From: Oscillospiraceae bacterium
Lineage (GTDB): Bacteria; Bacillota; Clostridia; Oscillospirales; Oscillospiraceae
Reading direction: 5' to 3'
Assembly (NCBI GenBank): GCA_021770845.1
Contig: JAETQF010000011.1
Span: 17,637-81,636, forward strand
DNA length: 64,000 nucleotides
Within the stretch, counting starts at the first letter, position 1. Every line of letters begins with the position of its first letter. Both the position numbers and the translations under genes were made by a program. Shown here one piece after another: positions 19,122 through 29,366 of this stretch. Under the pieces are notes generated by a model. The model was given only the letters and a program-made list of their open reading frames with translations, ran no database searches and was not told the DNA's origin.

Positions 19122-20603
19122 TCATTCCCTCTCTTTTTCTGGATTTTCCGCCCCGTCTCCGTCCTCCAAATCCAGATCCGCCACCGTCAGCGCCATCAGA
19201 TCCTCTTTCCCCGGCGCCTCCATGGCCGCCACCCGGTTGGCCTGGCGGGCCACCGCCGCCTCAAAGATGTTCCGCACGTCCCGGGCGTTGCCGAAGTTCT
19301 CGTCCCGGCGGTCATACATCACCTGGAACGCCTCCGCCGCGGCCTTGTCCGTCTCCTCGTCCAGGGTGTACCCGTTCTTCTTGCACACCGAGCGGAAGAT
19401 CTCCGCCAGCTGCCCGCCGTCGTAGTCCTCAAAATAGAAATATTTGTTGAACCGGCTCTCCAGCCCCGGATTGGCGTGGATGAAGTCCCCCATCAGGTCG
19501 GTATACCCCGCCACGATGACGATCAGGTCGTCCCGGTGATCCTCCATCCCCTTCAGCAGCACCTCGATGGCCTCCCGGCCGAAATCATTGGCGTTGTCCT
19601 GGTTGGCCAGGGCGTAGGCCTCGTCGATGAACAGCACTCCGCCCAGGGCCTTGTCGATGACCTCCTGGGTCTTGAGGGCAGTCTGGCCCACAAAGCCCGC
19701 CACCAGCCCGGATCGATCCACCTCCACCAGCTGCCCCTTGGACAGCACGCCGATGGCATGGTAGATCTTGGCCAGCAGCCGGGCCACCGTAGTCTTGCCC
19801 GTCCCCGGATTGCCCATGAACACCAGGTGCAGCGACATGGGGGGCACCGGCAGCCCCGCCTCTGCCCGGAGCTTGCGCACCTTCACCAGGTTGATGAGGC
19901 CCTTCACGTCCTCCTTCACCTTGTCCAGCCCGCACAGCCCATCCAGCTCCGCCAGCAGCTCCTCCAGAGTGGGCTCGGGCTGGGCCGGGGGCTCCTCCGC
20001 CTCGGGCGCTTTGGCCTGGGCCGGGGCGGGGGACACTGCCTCGTCCTCCGGCTTCCCCGTGGGCACGGGCTTGCCGTCGGTGCGGCGGGCCACAAACTCG
20101 TTCACATCCAGCCCGGACTTGCCTCCTGGCACCCCCGCCTGATCGCAGAAGGCGGACAGGGAGTCCGCGCAGGCGTTGACAAAGCCCGCCTCCGCCTCGC
20201 TCACCTTGCCGTCCACCGCGGCGAACAGCAGCAGCATCAGGGTGAAGGTGTCCACAAACCGGCGGCTCTGCTTGGTGCCCCGTTCCAGATCCGCCTTCAC
20301 CAGCCGGCGGAAGAAGCTGGGCAGCACAAAGCCGCCGTACTCCTCCACCATGGAGGCCAGCTCCCAGTACAGCACTGTGGGCACCGGGTTCCCCTTGGAG
20401 TAGATGGCGTTGTAGTACTCCACATGGCGGGGGGTCATCCCCTGGTCGGCCTGCCACACGCCGCAGGCGCACTGGCGCAGAAAGGCGTCCGCCTCCCGGC
20501 CGAAGGCCACCCGGGCGGCGGCGTCCGTAATCTGCCGGCGGAAGGCGGTCATGGCCTCGTCATACTGTTTGTGGACGGCGGCGGGGGTCATGGGCTGGGA
20601 CAT
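19122..20603 (-). CDS. CbxX/SpoVK-type AAA+ ATPase with N-terminal TerB-like helical domain
   Basis: GNPGTGKT, LVAGFVGQTA, LFIDEAY, NPGLESRF, FGNARDVRN; N-terminal FAAVDGKVSEAE resembles the TerB motif. Confidence 0.8.
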   Translation of the reverse strand: MSQPMTPAAVHKQYDEAMTAFRRQITDAAARVAFGREADAFLRQCACGVWQADQGMTPRHVEYYNAIYSKGNPVPTVLYWELASMVEEYGGFVLPSFFRRLVKADLERGTKQSRRFVDTFTLMLLLFAAVDGKVSEAEAGFVNACADSLSAFCDQAGVPGGKSGLDVNEFVARRTDGKPVPTGKPEDEAVSPAPAQAKAPEAEEPPAQPEPTLEELLAELDGLCGLDKVKEDVKGLINLVKVRKLRAEAGLPVPPMSLHLVFMGNPGTGKTTVARLLAKIYHAIGVLSKGQLVEVDRSGLVAGFVGQTALKTQEVIDKALGGVLFIDEAYALANQDNANDFGREAIEVLLKGMEDHRDDLIVIVAGYTDLMGDFIHANPGLESRFNKYFYFEDYDGGQLAEIFRSVCKKNGYTLDEETDKAAAEAFQVMYDRRDENFGNARDVRNIFEAAVARQANRVAAMEAPGKEDLMALTVADLDLEDGDGAENPEKERE

Positions 20604-20645
20604 GGCGGACACGCTCCTATTCTATGGTCTGCGGGGGCGGGGAGG

Positions 20646-21008
20646 TCAGATCAGGGCCTGCTCCAGCGCCTCCAGGAAAGGCTGCCGCTCCAGCGGCTTA
20701 TAGAGGAAGCCCTTGGCCCCGATGCGATCCGCCTCCTCGATGGTGTCGTCGTAGGCCAGGGAGGACACCATGATGATCCTGGCGTCCGGGTGCTCCTCCA
20801 GAATGACCTGGGCCGTCTCCAGACCGTCGATTCCCGGCATGATGATATCCATGGTCACCACATCCGGCTGCACCTCATCGTAGCGGGCAATGGCGTCCTC
20901 GCCGTTCTCACAGTAGGCCGCCACCTCGAAGTCGGTGTCCTCCAGGAGCTTACGGATTTTGATCTCCGAGATCCGGGAGTCGTCCACCACCATGATCTTT
21001 TTCTTCAT
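20646..21008 (-). CDS. CheY-like single-domain response regulator
   Basis: VVDDS, VTMDIIMPGIDG, VSS, KP. Confidence 0.9.
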   Translation of the reverse strand: MKKKIMVVDDSRISEIKIRKLLEDTDFEVAAYCENGEDAIARYDEVQPDVVTMDIIMPGIDGLETAQVILEEHPDARIIMVSSLAYDDTIEEADRIGAKGFLYKPLERQPFLEALEQALI

Positions 21009-21024
21009 ACAGACACATCCTTTT

Positions 21025-21504
21025 TCAAATCGTTCTCGACCCCATGGGGGTATAATAGGCGAGCTGCACCTGCTCCGCCTTGTCGCCGGCGTAGTCCAGG
21101 ACGATACACCGCCGTTCCGACTGGGGCGCGTAGGGCCCCTGGCAAAAGACAGGGACGCTGAACCGGGCGGGCCGTTTCGCCTCCGGAAACAGCCGGATCA
21201 GCACGTGCCCGCCCAGCACGTTGAGGTATTCCTTGGCCACGTCGGCCACGTCCTGGGGTGTCAGATCATCGGTCTGCATCACTTCCCGGGCCAGCCGGAC
21301 GAACATGGCCCCGTTGGCGTACAGGCACAGGGTTCCATCCATGCCGTGCTCGAAGGTGATATACACCGTGCAGGCGGCCTCGACCGGCCCGTCCCCGTCC
21401 GGCTCCACCGGGCTCAGGCAGATCCCGGCCTCCCGCCGGGCGATCTCCCGGGCAACCTGATCCAGCATGACACAGAGCTGATCCCGGGATATCAAACGAT
21501 CCAT
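21025..21504 (-). CDS. CheX-like phosphatase
   Basis: ~159 aa; catalytic ExxN (KEYLNVLGG) followed by FSVP. Confidence 0.72.
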   Translation of the reverse strand: MDRLISRDQLCVMLDQVAREIARREAGICLSPVEPDGDGPVEAACTVYITFEHGMDGTLCLYANGAMFVRLAREVMQTDDLTPQDVADVAKEYLNVLGGHVLIRLFPEAKRPARFSVPVFCQGPYAPQSERRCIVLDYAGDKAEQVQLAYYTPMGSRTI

Positions 21505-21538
21505 GCCCGCCCTCCTCTCTCATCGTTCCGGATGGGGA

Positions 21539-23311
21539 CTACATCACCACAATCTCCCCGCATACCATTTTGGCCACGCAGTGGCGCTCCTCCTGCCGCA
21601 GGCGAGTGATCTCGTCCCCGATGCTGATCTCCGTCCCGGCGTAGGCCACGGCGCACTCCAGCCGGCCCTCCTCGCCCCGATCCCGCAGCTCCTCCTTGAT
21701 GTCCTCCAGATCCTCCTCCAGCTGCTGGAGGCGGAGGGCGGCGGTGTTGAGCTTGACCCGGGCCTTGCTAATCAGGCTGGCTTTTACCGGGCTGTCCAGC
21801 TGGCACTCCAGCCGTTCCAGCTCCATCTCCAGCTCCTCCAGTTCCTTTTGCACCTGTTCCCGCTCGAAATTGGTGCAGGGCAGGCCCCCCAGGGCGATGG
21901 AGGTGCGGCACTCGGAGCGGGAGCCCACAGTGGTGGCGCTCACCTTTTTGGCCGCCCAGATCCGGCCGCCCATGATGGTGCCCCGCCCGGAGCGCACCAG
22001 TACCTCGCCGTCACAGTAGATGTTGCCGTTGATGATGGCGTCGGTCTGGAGGTTTTCCCGGGCGTAGATGGTGGCGTTCTCGATGTATTTGGAGAAGATG
22101 CAGCGGTGGGCCCGGACGGTGGTGGTGCCGTCGCCCAGAATGCCCTTCACCACGGTGAGGTCGCCGCCGGCCTCCACGGTGCTGCCCGCCTCAATGACGC
22201 CGCCCACCCAGATGCTGCCCATGGCCCGGACGGTAAAGCCGGTGAGCACGTCCCCCTGGATGTTGATGTCCCCCAGGAACTTGATGCTGCCGGTGGAGAA
22301 GTCCACGTTGCCCGGGATCTCCAGCACGGGCTTCACCTGGAAGCTGCGCCCGGTGAACTCCACGTGCCCCGCCACCGACGCCACCAGGGCGTCGCCGTCC
22401 TCGCTGATCTCGGTGTTGCGCCCCTTGGGCAGGGGGACGGACTTGCCGCTCTTGGCGGGGATCTCCTGATCCAGCACCGTGCGGCCCGGCTCCCCCTCGG
22501 TGGGGCGGATGAGGCGGCAGATCTCCTGCCCCTCCTTCACGTTGCGGATCAGGTTCAGGGCGGTGTAGTCCACCTGGTCGTACTCGTCCACCTCCAGTAC
22601 CCGCTCGATGACCCGGGGCACGTAGTCCACAATGTTGCCGTTCCTGCCGTCGAAGGCGGGCTTGCCCTGGGCCAGGAGGAACAGGGTGAAGTACCGGTTC
22701 TCGTGGTGGGGCAGCCGGTTGGCCACCCGCTCGTCCACGCCGTAGGCGATGCCCTGATCCTCCATGGCCTGGTGGAGCAGCTCCCGGGTCAGCTCCCGCC
22801 CCTCGCCTGTGGGCGGGAACACCAGCACCCAGGCGTACAGCTTGTCGGCGGACAGGAAGATCCACGGGTAGGCGTCCAGCCCCACGGGCTTTTTCTCCTT
22901 GTCGGGCTCCTCGCCGTCCTTGGCCGGCTTGCTCCGCTTGGCCTTGTCGGCGTTCTTGTTCTGGTTCTGGATGGATTTCAGCCGGAAGGCGGACGCGGTT
23001 CTCAGCCCGCTCTGAAGCCGGGCCTTTTCCCTGTTGATCACCTCGGGGGCCAGCGCGCCGTCCTCGTCCATGCACAGCCGGGGGGTGGGCAGATAGCCCG
23101 ACTCCCGCCGCCGGATGGTATACAGCTGCTGAAGGGGGTGGTCGGCAGACAGCTTCAGCAGGGCCGGATCCTCCGCGGGGAGGAAGGAGGACTCCGGCTC
23201 CTCCCCAGGCTGTTCCGGCAAAACGCGGGGATCCTCCTGCTCCGGAGCTGGCTCCGCCTCTTTCGGGCCGAACAGGATGGATGTTAGTTTCTCCTTGATG
23301 GACATCTGCAT
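21539..23311 (-). CDS. FapA/DUF342 family protein
   Basis: LSADKLYAW, GIAYGVD, AQGKPAFDGRNG, NVDFSTGSIKF, beta-helix-like repeats, coiled coil. Confidence 0.88.
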   Translation of the reverse strand: MQMSIKEKLTSILFGPKEAEPAPEQEDPRVLPEQPGEEPESSFLPAEDPALLKLSADHPLQQLYTIRRRESGYLPTPRLCMDEDGALAPEVINREKARLQSGLRTASAFRLKSIQNQNKNADKAKRSKPAKDGEEPDKEKKPVGLDAYPWIFLSADKLYAWVLVFPPTGEGRELTRELLHQAMEDQGIAYGVDERVANRLPHHENRYFTLFLLAQGKPAFDGRNGNIVDYVPRVIERVLEVDEYDQVDYTALNLIRNVKEGQEICRLIRPTEGEPGRTVLDQEIPAKSGKSVPLPKGRNTEISEDGDALVASVAGHVEFTGRSFQVKPVLEIPGNVDFSTGSIKFLGDINIQGDVLTGFTVRAMGSIWVGGVIEAGSTVEAGGDLTVVKGILGDGTTTVRAHRCIFSKYIENATIYARENLQTDAIINGNIYCDGEVLVRSGRGTIMGGRIWAAKKVSATTVGSRSECRTSIALGGLPCTNFEREQVQKELEELEMELERLECQLDSPVKASLISKARVKLNTAALRLQQLEEDLEDIKEELRDRGEEGRLECAVAYAGTEISIGDEITRLRQEERHCVAKMVCGEIVVM

Positions 23312-23355
23312 CACCGCCGATCAGAAGATTGCCGCGCGCTATGGCGCTTTACTCT

Positions 23356-23384
23356 ATTATAACAAACCCGAACCCGGTTGACAA
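23356..23384 (-). promoter_or_regulatory. sigma-A/70 promoter of the fapA operon
   Basis: TTGTCA-17 bp-TATAAT with TGn extension. Confidence 0.7.
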
Positions 23385-23405
23385 GTCGGAATTGCCGCCG
23401 ATCCA

Positions 23406-25082
23406 TCAGACGTGGTAGCAGCCGCCGCCGATGAACTCCCGCATGATGGAGGTCTTGGGGATGTTGTCGCCGGGTATGGGCAGGAAATAGTTCAGGAACT
23501 TCAGCAGCCGCTTGGCCTCGATGTACTCCTCGCTGTCCCGGGGCACGCCGAACAGCAGGGGCTGGACGTAGGGCTTGAGCAGGGAGGTCTCATAGATCAG
23601 GGCGGAGTTGAACACCATGTCCGCGCTGTCCTGGAAGGGGAAGATGTTGTTCTCCTCCCCCCGGCGGACGGAGGGCCACATCTTGATGGTGGCCTGGGCG
23701 GTGTAGCCCCGGGTGCGGGCGTCCCGCTCAATGCGCCGCAGCAGCCGGGCATCGGTGGTGGGGATGCGGTTGTGATCGTCGATGTTCAGGGTGGTGAGGC
23801 AGCTGATGTAGATCTTGTACTTGCTCTCCCGGGGCAGGGAATAGGTGAACTGATCGTTGAGGCAGTGGATGCCCTCGATGACCAGCACGTCCTCCGCCCC
23901 CAGGGTGAGCTGGCTGCCGTTGTACTCCCGGGCCCCCCGCTTGAAGTTGTAGGTGGGCATATCCACCGTCTCCCCCCGGAGCAGGCGGGTCATATCCGCG
24001 TTGAACTGCTCCACGTCCATGGCGCCCAGGCCCTCGAAGTCGTAGTTTCCGTTCTCGTCCCGGGGGGTGTCCGTCCGGTTTTTGAAGTAGTTGTCGGTGG
24101 CGATGGGGTGGGGCCGCAGGCCGCAGGCCCGCAGCTGGGTGGACAGCCGGTGGGAGAAGGTGGTTTTGCCGGAGGAGGAGGGCCCGGCGATCATGACGAA
24201 GCGCACCTCCCGGCGGGCGGCGATCTCGGCGGCGATGTCGCCGATCTTCTTCTCCATCATGGCCTCATAGCTCAGGATCAGCGGCGTGGCCTGGCCCTGG
24301 GCGATGACGGTGTTCAGCTCCGCCACGTTGGACACCCCCAGCGCCTCCGCCCGCCGGGTGGAGGCCCGCAGCTCCCGGAACACCTTCAGGGAGGGCTTGA
24401 ACTCCCCCAGCCGGCCGGGATCCTTCAGGGTGGGCAGGCGGAGGACAAAGCCGTCCTCAAACTGCTCCAGGGCGAAGCAGCGGATGTATCCCGTGTCCGG
24501 GGCCATGTAGCCGTAGAAGTAGTCCACAAACCCGTCCAGCTCGTACACGTTCACGTGGGAATTGACCCGGAAGCTGAGCAGATCCGCCTTGTGGATCAGC
24601 CCCTCCCGGCGGAACAGCTCCATGGCGTCGTCGGTGTTGACGGAGCGTTTCTGGATGGGCAGGGCCGCGTCGGACAGCTCCCGCATCCGGGCCTCCACCT
24701 GATCCAGCAGGGCCTGGTTCAGGTGGAACCTGCCCTGGGCCCGGATGAACAGGGAGCGGCTGACGGAATAGCCCACGGAGACGCGCTCTACGTTCTCCTT
24801 GCCCACCACGTCGTAGAACGCCTTGATCGTCAGAAACACCGCGCTGCGCTCGTAGGTCTGGATGCCGGGCACGTCCCGGGCGGTGACCATCCGCAGGGTG
24901 CAGTCCCGATCCAGCGCCTTGTGGAGCTCGCACAGCTTCCCGTCCCGGTTCACCAGCAGGATGTCGTCGGGATACCGATCCTGAACGTCCTCGGCGATGC
25001 GCCGGAAGGGGGTGCCGTGGGGGTACTCGTACGGCACGCCGTCGATGATCACCTTCTGCTTGTGCATAATTGCGGTTTCCAT
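23406..25082 (-). CDS. nucleoside (uridine) kinase family protein with ThrRS-like N-terminal domains
   Basis: TGS/ThrRS-like N-terminus; AGPSSSGKTT, IEGIHCLN, RDARTRG. Confidence 0.85.
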   Translation of the reverse strand: METAIMHKQKVIIDGVPYEYPHGTPFRRIAEDVQDRYPDDILLVNRDGKLCELHKALDRDCTLRMVTARDVPGIQTYERSAVFLTIKAFYDVVGKENVERVSVGYSVSRSLFIRAQGRFHLNQALLDQVEARMRELSDAALPIQKRSVNTDDAMELFRREGLIHKADLLSFRVNSHVNVYELDGFVDYFYGYMAPDTGYIRCFALEQFEDGFVLRLPTLKDPGRLGEFKPSLKVFRELRASTRRAEALGVSNVAELNTVIAQGQATPLILSYEAMMEKKIGDIAAEIAARREVRFVMIAGPSSSGKTTFSHRLSTQLRACGLRPHPIATDNYFKNRTDTPRDENGNYDFEGLGAMDVEQFNADMTRLLRGETVDMPTYNFKRGAREYNGSQLTLGAEDVLVIEGIHCLNDQFTYSLPRESKYKIYISCLTTLNIDDHNRIPTTDARLLRRIERDARTRGYTAQATIKMWPSVRRGEENNIFPFQDSADMVFNSALIYETSLLKPYVQPLLFGVPRDSEEYIEAKRLLKFLNYFLPIPGDNIPKTSIMREFIGGGCYHV

Positions 25083-25171
25083 AGGAGGGCCTCCTTGTCT
25101 TATAATGATGCTGTGAGTCCATTCTACCATATCCGACAGAAAAAGGGGAGAAAAATTTTAGAAATTTGGAG

Positions 25172-25209
25172 AAAAAACCGGCGGCTCCTCTCCGGAACCG
25201 CCGGTTTTT
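25172..25209 (-). terminator. intrinsic terminator after ytvI
   Basis: AAAAACCGGCGG...CCGCCGGTTTTT hairpin. Confidence 0.65.
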
Positions 25210-25230
25210 GCCGGTACGGGGGCGGGCCCG

Positions 25231-26409
25231 CTACTCCTCCCGCTTCCGCCCGGAGCGGAGGATGGCGTTGATGTCCCGCGCCGCCAGGGACAGATCGTCC
25301 AGCACCGGGCGGAAAATGCCCAGTTTGGCCAGGTTGATGCACACCAGCAGCAGCAGCGGCCCCACCACCATGCCCAGCACGCCGCCGATCTTCATGCCCA
25401 CGTAGATGCCCACCAGGGACAGAATGGGGGACAGCCCCGTCTGGTTGCCCAGGATCTTGGGCTCCGCGAACCGGCGGAACAGCACGATGACGCCCCACAC
25501 CGCCATCAGCGCCGCCGCCTCGCCGTACTGGGCCAGCACCATGTCGATGACCGCCCAGGGCACCATCACCGTGCCCGCGCCGATGATGGGGATGAAGTCC
25601 AGCACCGCCAGGGCGAAGGCCAGCAGCAGGCCGTAGGGCTGCCCCATGAACAGGAAGCCCACGGCGAGTATGGCGAACACCCCCAGGGACAGGATGATCT
25701 GGCTCTTGATATAGCCGCCGAAGGCGCTCATGAAGATGTCCTTCAGGGAGCGGCAGAAGTCCCGGGCCACCATGGGCACCCGGTCGGTGAGCTCGAACCG
25801 CAGCCGGGGGTAATCCCCGGTGATGAAGTAGCTGGCCATGACGAACACCACCAGGGCCACGGCGAAGTTGGACACGTTGGCCGCCATGGAGGGGGCCTGC
25901 CCCGCCATCTGGGCCAGCCAGCCGGAGAAATCCAGCCCCCGCACCCAGTCCATGACCGCCGCCATCAGATCCTCCCCGGTGGTGATCACCCCCTGGGGCA
26001 CGAAATCCCCCAGGCCGGACAGCCAGCCCTGGACGCTGTTCACCACCCCGGCCAGCCCCTCCAGCAGCTCGTCCAGCAGGGACTGCCGGTTGTCCAACAG
26101 GGAGCGCACCTGCCCCACCGCCGCCCAGCCCAGGCCGAACAGCACCCCAACCATGACGGCGAACACCAGGATCACCAGCACCATGGAGATGGCCTTCCGG
26201 GGGGCGCCGGAGTGCCGCTGGAGCCATTTCACCGCCGGGTTCAGCCCCCAGGCCAGCACCAGGGCCAGCACAAAGGGGCTGAGCAGGGACAGCAGCGGCA
26301 GCCCCACCCAGACTGCCAGCGCCAGCCCGCCCAGGGCCAGCACCGCCCGCAGGCCCAGCCGCAGCCAGAGTTGGGCACGTTCGCCCCAGGCCAGGGGGGA
26401 CTCTTTCAT
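25231..26409 (-). CDS. ytvI: sporulation integral membrane protein YtvI (AI-2E family)
   Basis: PFVLAL, LDFIPIIGAG, EPKILG..GLSP, GP motifs. Confidence 0.82.
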   Translation of the reverse strand: MKESPLAWGERAQLWLRLGLRAVLALGGLALAVWVGLPLLSLLSPFVLALVLAWGLNPAVKWLQRHSGAPRKAISMVLVILVFAVMVGVLFGLGWAAVGQVRSLLDNRQSLLDELLEGLAGVVNSVQGWLSGLGDFVPQGVITTGEDLMAAVMDWVRGLDFSGWLAQMAGQAPSMAANVSNFAVALVVFVMASYFITGDYPRLRFELTDRVPMVARDFCRSLKDIFMSAFGGYIKSQIILSLGVFAILAVGFLFMGQPYGLLLAFALAVLDFIPIIGAGTVMVPWAVIDMVLAQYGEAAALMAVWGVIVLFRRFAEPKILGNQTGLSPILSLVGIYVGMKIGGVLGMVVGPLLLLVCINLAKLGIFRPVLDDLSLAARDINAILRSGRKREE

Positions 26410-26434
26410 GCCAACCGCCTCCTTTGTGGTATCG

Positions 26435-27364
26435 TCAGCCCGCCGCCAGCAGCTGGGCCAGCACCGCCGCCGCGGGCAGGGTAGCCAGGCACAGCAGGGT
26501 GGACAGGGTGATCTGCTGGGCGGCCAGGGCCGCGTCCTTGCCCATGCTCTGGGCGAACAGGCTGGTGGCCCCGGCGGTGGGACAGCCGGCCAGAATCACC
26601 GTGGCCGTAAACACGACGGGATCCACCCGGAAGGGCAGCAGCACCAACGCCGTCAGCAGGGGCAGACCCAGCAGCTTCACCGCGGACACCAGGTAGAGCT
26701 TCCGGGTGGAGAATACCTTGCGCAGATCCGCCTGGGCCATCTGCCCGCCGATGACCACCATGGCCAGGGGGGTGTTCATGCTGCCCAGGTAGCCCACCGC
26801 GGCGTCCACCGGCCCGGGCAGCCGCCAGCCGGTGAAGAACAGCAGCAGCCCGCCCGCAAACCCCAGAATGCCCGGGTTCAGGGCCAGCTTTTTCAGGGAC
26901 AGCTCCGACCGGCCGCCGATGAGGGCCCGGCCCTGAGTCCAGGTGACGGTGTTGAACACGGCCAGCCCCACCACCGCCGCGATCATGGCCTCGTCCCCCA
27001 GGGCGGACTGGATCAGGGGCAGGCCCATAAACCCGGCGTTGCCGTACACGGCGGCAAAGCGGAGGATGCCCTTGTGGGCCTCCCCCTCCCGGGGAAACAG
27101 GATCAGGGACAGGGCCATGTACAGGATGTACACCCCGACCATGGCGATCAGGGCGGTGAGGAGCTGGCCCTGGGTCTGGGGGGTGCGCTCCACCTCAAAG
27201 GAGGTGAGCATGATGCAGGGGGTGACCACGTACAGCAGCACCCGGGACACCTGGGACAGGGTTTCCCCGGACAGCAGGCCCATCCGCCCGAACAGGAAGC
27301 CCACCGACATCAGCAGAAACAGGGTGAGCACGCTGCCCCCCACCACCAGAAACGCGTCAAGCAT
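26435..27364 (-). CDS. AEC (auxin efflux carrier) family transporter
   Basis: GNAGFMGLP, NP, PLAMVVIG, CPTA; ~10 TM. Confidence 0.88.
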   Translation of the reverse strand: MLDAFLVVGGSVLTLFLLMSVGFLFGRMGLLSGETLSQVSRVLLYVVTPCIMLTSFEVERTPQTQGQLLTALIAMVGVYILYMALSLILFPREGEAHKGILRFAAVYGNAGFMGLPLIQSALGDEAMIAAVVGLAVFNTVTWTQGRALIGGRSELSLKKLALNPGILGFAGGLLLFFTGWRLPGPVDAAVGYLGSMNTPLAMVVIGGQMAQADLRKVFSTRKLYLVSAVKLLGLPLLTALVLLPFRVDPVVFTATVILAGCPTAGATSLFAQSMGKDAALAAQQITLSTLLCLATLPAAAVLAQLLAAG

Positions 27365-27502
27365 ATTACATTCCCTCTCTTTTTCTCTCAGCAGTACGCA
27401 TTATTATAAGCCCATCCCGCCGCATTGACAAGGGAAATTCTTTGCGCTATACTATTTATTTACTGACGAACAGCCTGAACTGTGAAAAGGAGTGTCCTTC
27501 CC

Positions 27503-29248
27503 ATGCCGTCCAACCGCTTCCGGCGGGGCTATGTCCCCATTTTCCTGTCCTATTATAAGCCCCACCTGGGCCTGTTTATTCTGGATATGTGCTGCGCCCT
27601 GGGCATCGCGCTGGTGGATCTGGCCTTTCCCTGGGCCTCCCGGGAGGCCATGAACACCCTGCTGCCCCAGAGCCTCTACGCCGCCTTTTTCACCGTCATG
27701 GGCCTGCTGCTGGCGGCCTACGCCCTGCGCTCGGTGATGTACTTCATCGTCACCTACTGGGGCCACATGATGGGGGTGCGCATTGAGGCGGACATCCGCC
27801 GGGATCTGTTCGGCCATATGCAGGATCTGTCCTTCTCCTTCTACGACAAGAACCGCACCGGCCAGCTCATGAGCCGGGCCACCAGCGACCTGTTTGAGAT
27901 CACCGAGCTGGCCCACCACGGCCCGGAGGATCTGTTCATCTCCACCGTCACCCTCATCGGGGCCTTCTGCCTGATGCTCACCATCCAGTGGAAGCTGGCC
28001 CTCATTGTGTTTGCCGTGGTGCCCATCTTTGTGGCGTTCACCATCGTCCAGCGCCGGCGGATGATGAAGGCCTCCGTCCGGCAGAAGCAGACCATGGCGG
28101 GCATCAACGGCCAGCTGGAGTCGGCTATCTCCGGTATGCGCACCGCGAAGGCCTTTGCCAGCGAGCGCCAGGAAAACCAGAAGTTCCAGGCCTCCAACGC
28201 GGAATTCAAGGAGGCCAAGCGGGACTATTACAAGGCCATGGCCACCTACCACAGCGGGCTGGAGTTCGCCCTGCCCGCCATGAACGTGCTGACGGTGGCG
28301 GCGGGGGGCTTCTTCATCATGCGGGGGGAGATGACCTTCGTCGATCTGAGCGCCTTCATCCTCTATATCTCCACCTTCCTCACCCCGGTGCGGAAGCTGG
28401 CCGCCTTTGTGGAGCAGTTCCTCAACGGCATGGCGGGCTTCAAGCGGTTCGTGGAGCTGATGCGGGTGGAGCCCGCCGTCCAGGATGCCCCGGATGCAAA
28501 AGAGATGGGGACGGCGAAGGGCGATATCCTCATCGACGACGTGTCCTTCCACTACGAGGACGGCCCGGCGGTGCTGGATCACGTGTCCATCCACATCCCC
28601 CAGGGGGAGACGGTGGCGGTGGTGGGGCCCTCCGGGGGCGGCAAGTCCACCCTGTGCCAGCTTATCCCCCGGTTCTATGACGTGACGGGGGGCCGGATTT
28701 TAGTGGACGGCCAGGACGTGCGCTCAGTGACCCAGCGCTCCCTGCGGCAGAACATCGGCATCGTCCAGCAGGACGTGTTCCTGTTCGCGGGCACCGTGCT
28801 GGACAACATCCGCTACGGCAAGCCCGACGCCACCGAGGCGGAGGTGGTGGAGGCCGCCCGCCGGGCGGAGATCTACGACGACATCATGGCCATGCCCGAC
28901 GGCTTCCACACCTACGTGGGGGAGCGGGGGGTGATGCTGTCCGGCGGGCAGAAGCAGCGGGTGTCCATTGCCCGGATCTTCCTGAAGAACCCGCCCATCC
29001 TCATTCTGGACGAGGCCACCTCCGCCCTGGATTCCGTCACCGAGGCCCGCATCCAGTCCGCCTTTGACGAGCTGGCGAGGGGCCGCACCACCCTGATCAT
29101 CGCCCACCGGCTGTCCACCATCCGCAGCGCAAACCGGATCATCGTGGTGGACGAGAACCACATTCTGGAGGAGGGCACCCACCAGGAGCTGCTGGCCAAG
29201 GGCGGGGAGTACGCCCAGCTCTACAACGCCCAGAAACGGGTGGTGTGA
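27503..29248 (+). CDS. ABC exporter, fused permease/ATPase
   Basis: TM domain plus [26 protein letters not shown]. Confidence 0.92.
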   Translation: MPSNRFRRGYVPIFLSYYKPHLGLFILDMCCALGIALVDLAFPWASREAMNTLLPQSLYAAFFTVMGLLLAAYALRSVMYFIVTYWGHMMGVRIEADIRRDLFGHMQDLSFSFYDKNRTGQLMSRATSDLFEITELAHHGPEDLFISTVTLIGAFCLMLTIQWKLALIVFAVVPIFVAFTIVQRRRMMKASVRQKQTMAGINGQLESAISGMRTAKAFASERQENQKFQASNAEFKEAKRDYYKAMATYHSGLEFALPAMNVLTVAAGGFFIMRGEMTFVDLSAFILYISTFLTPVRKLAAFVEQFLNGMAGFKRFVELMRVEPAVQDAPDAKEMGTAKGDILIDDVSFHYEDGPAVLDHVSIHIPQGETVAVVGPSGGGKSTLCQLIPRFYDVTGGRILVDGQDVRSVTQRSLRQNIGIVQQDVFLFAGTVLDNIRYGKPDATEAEVVEAARRAEIYDDIMAMPDGFHTYVGERGVMLSGGQKQRVSIARIFLKNPPILILDEATSALDSVTEARIQSAFDELARGRTTLIIAHRLSTIRSANRIIVVDENHILEEGTHQELLAKGGEYAQLYNAQKRVV

Positions 29249-29277
29249 TGCCGCACCCCTTCACATGGCGTACCTGT

Positions 29278-29350
29278 GTAGGGGCCGATGTCCTCATCGG
29301 CCCTGTTGACAGGAACGTGATAGCGGGCCGATGGGGACATCGGCCCCTAC
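29278..29350. repeat. GTAG-type REP doublet (REPIN)
   Basis: GTAGGGGCCGATGTCCTCATCGGCCC and its inverted copy GGGCCGATGGGGACATCGGCCCCTAC. Confidence 0.8.
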
Positions 29351-29366
29351 GAATACGGAGGTTCCA

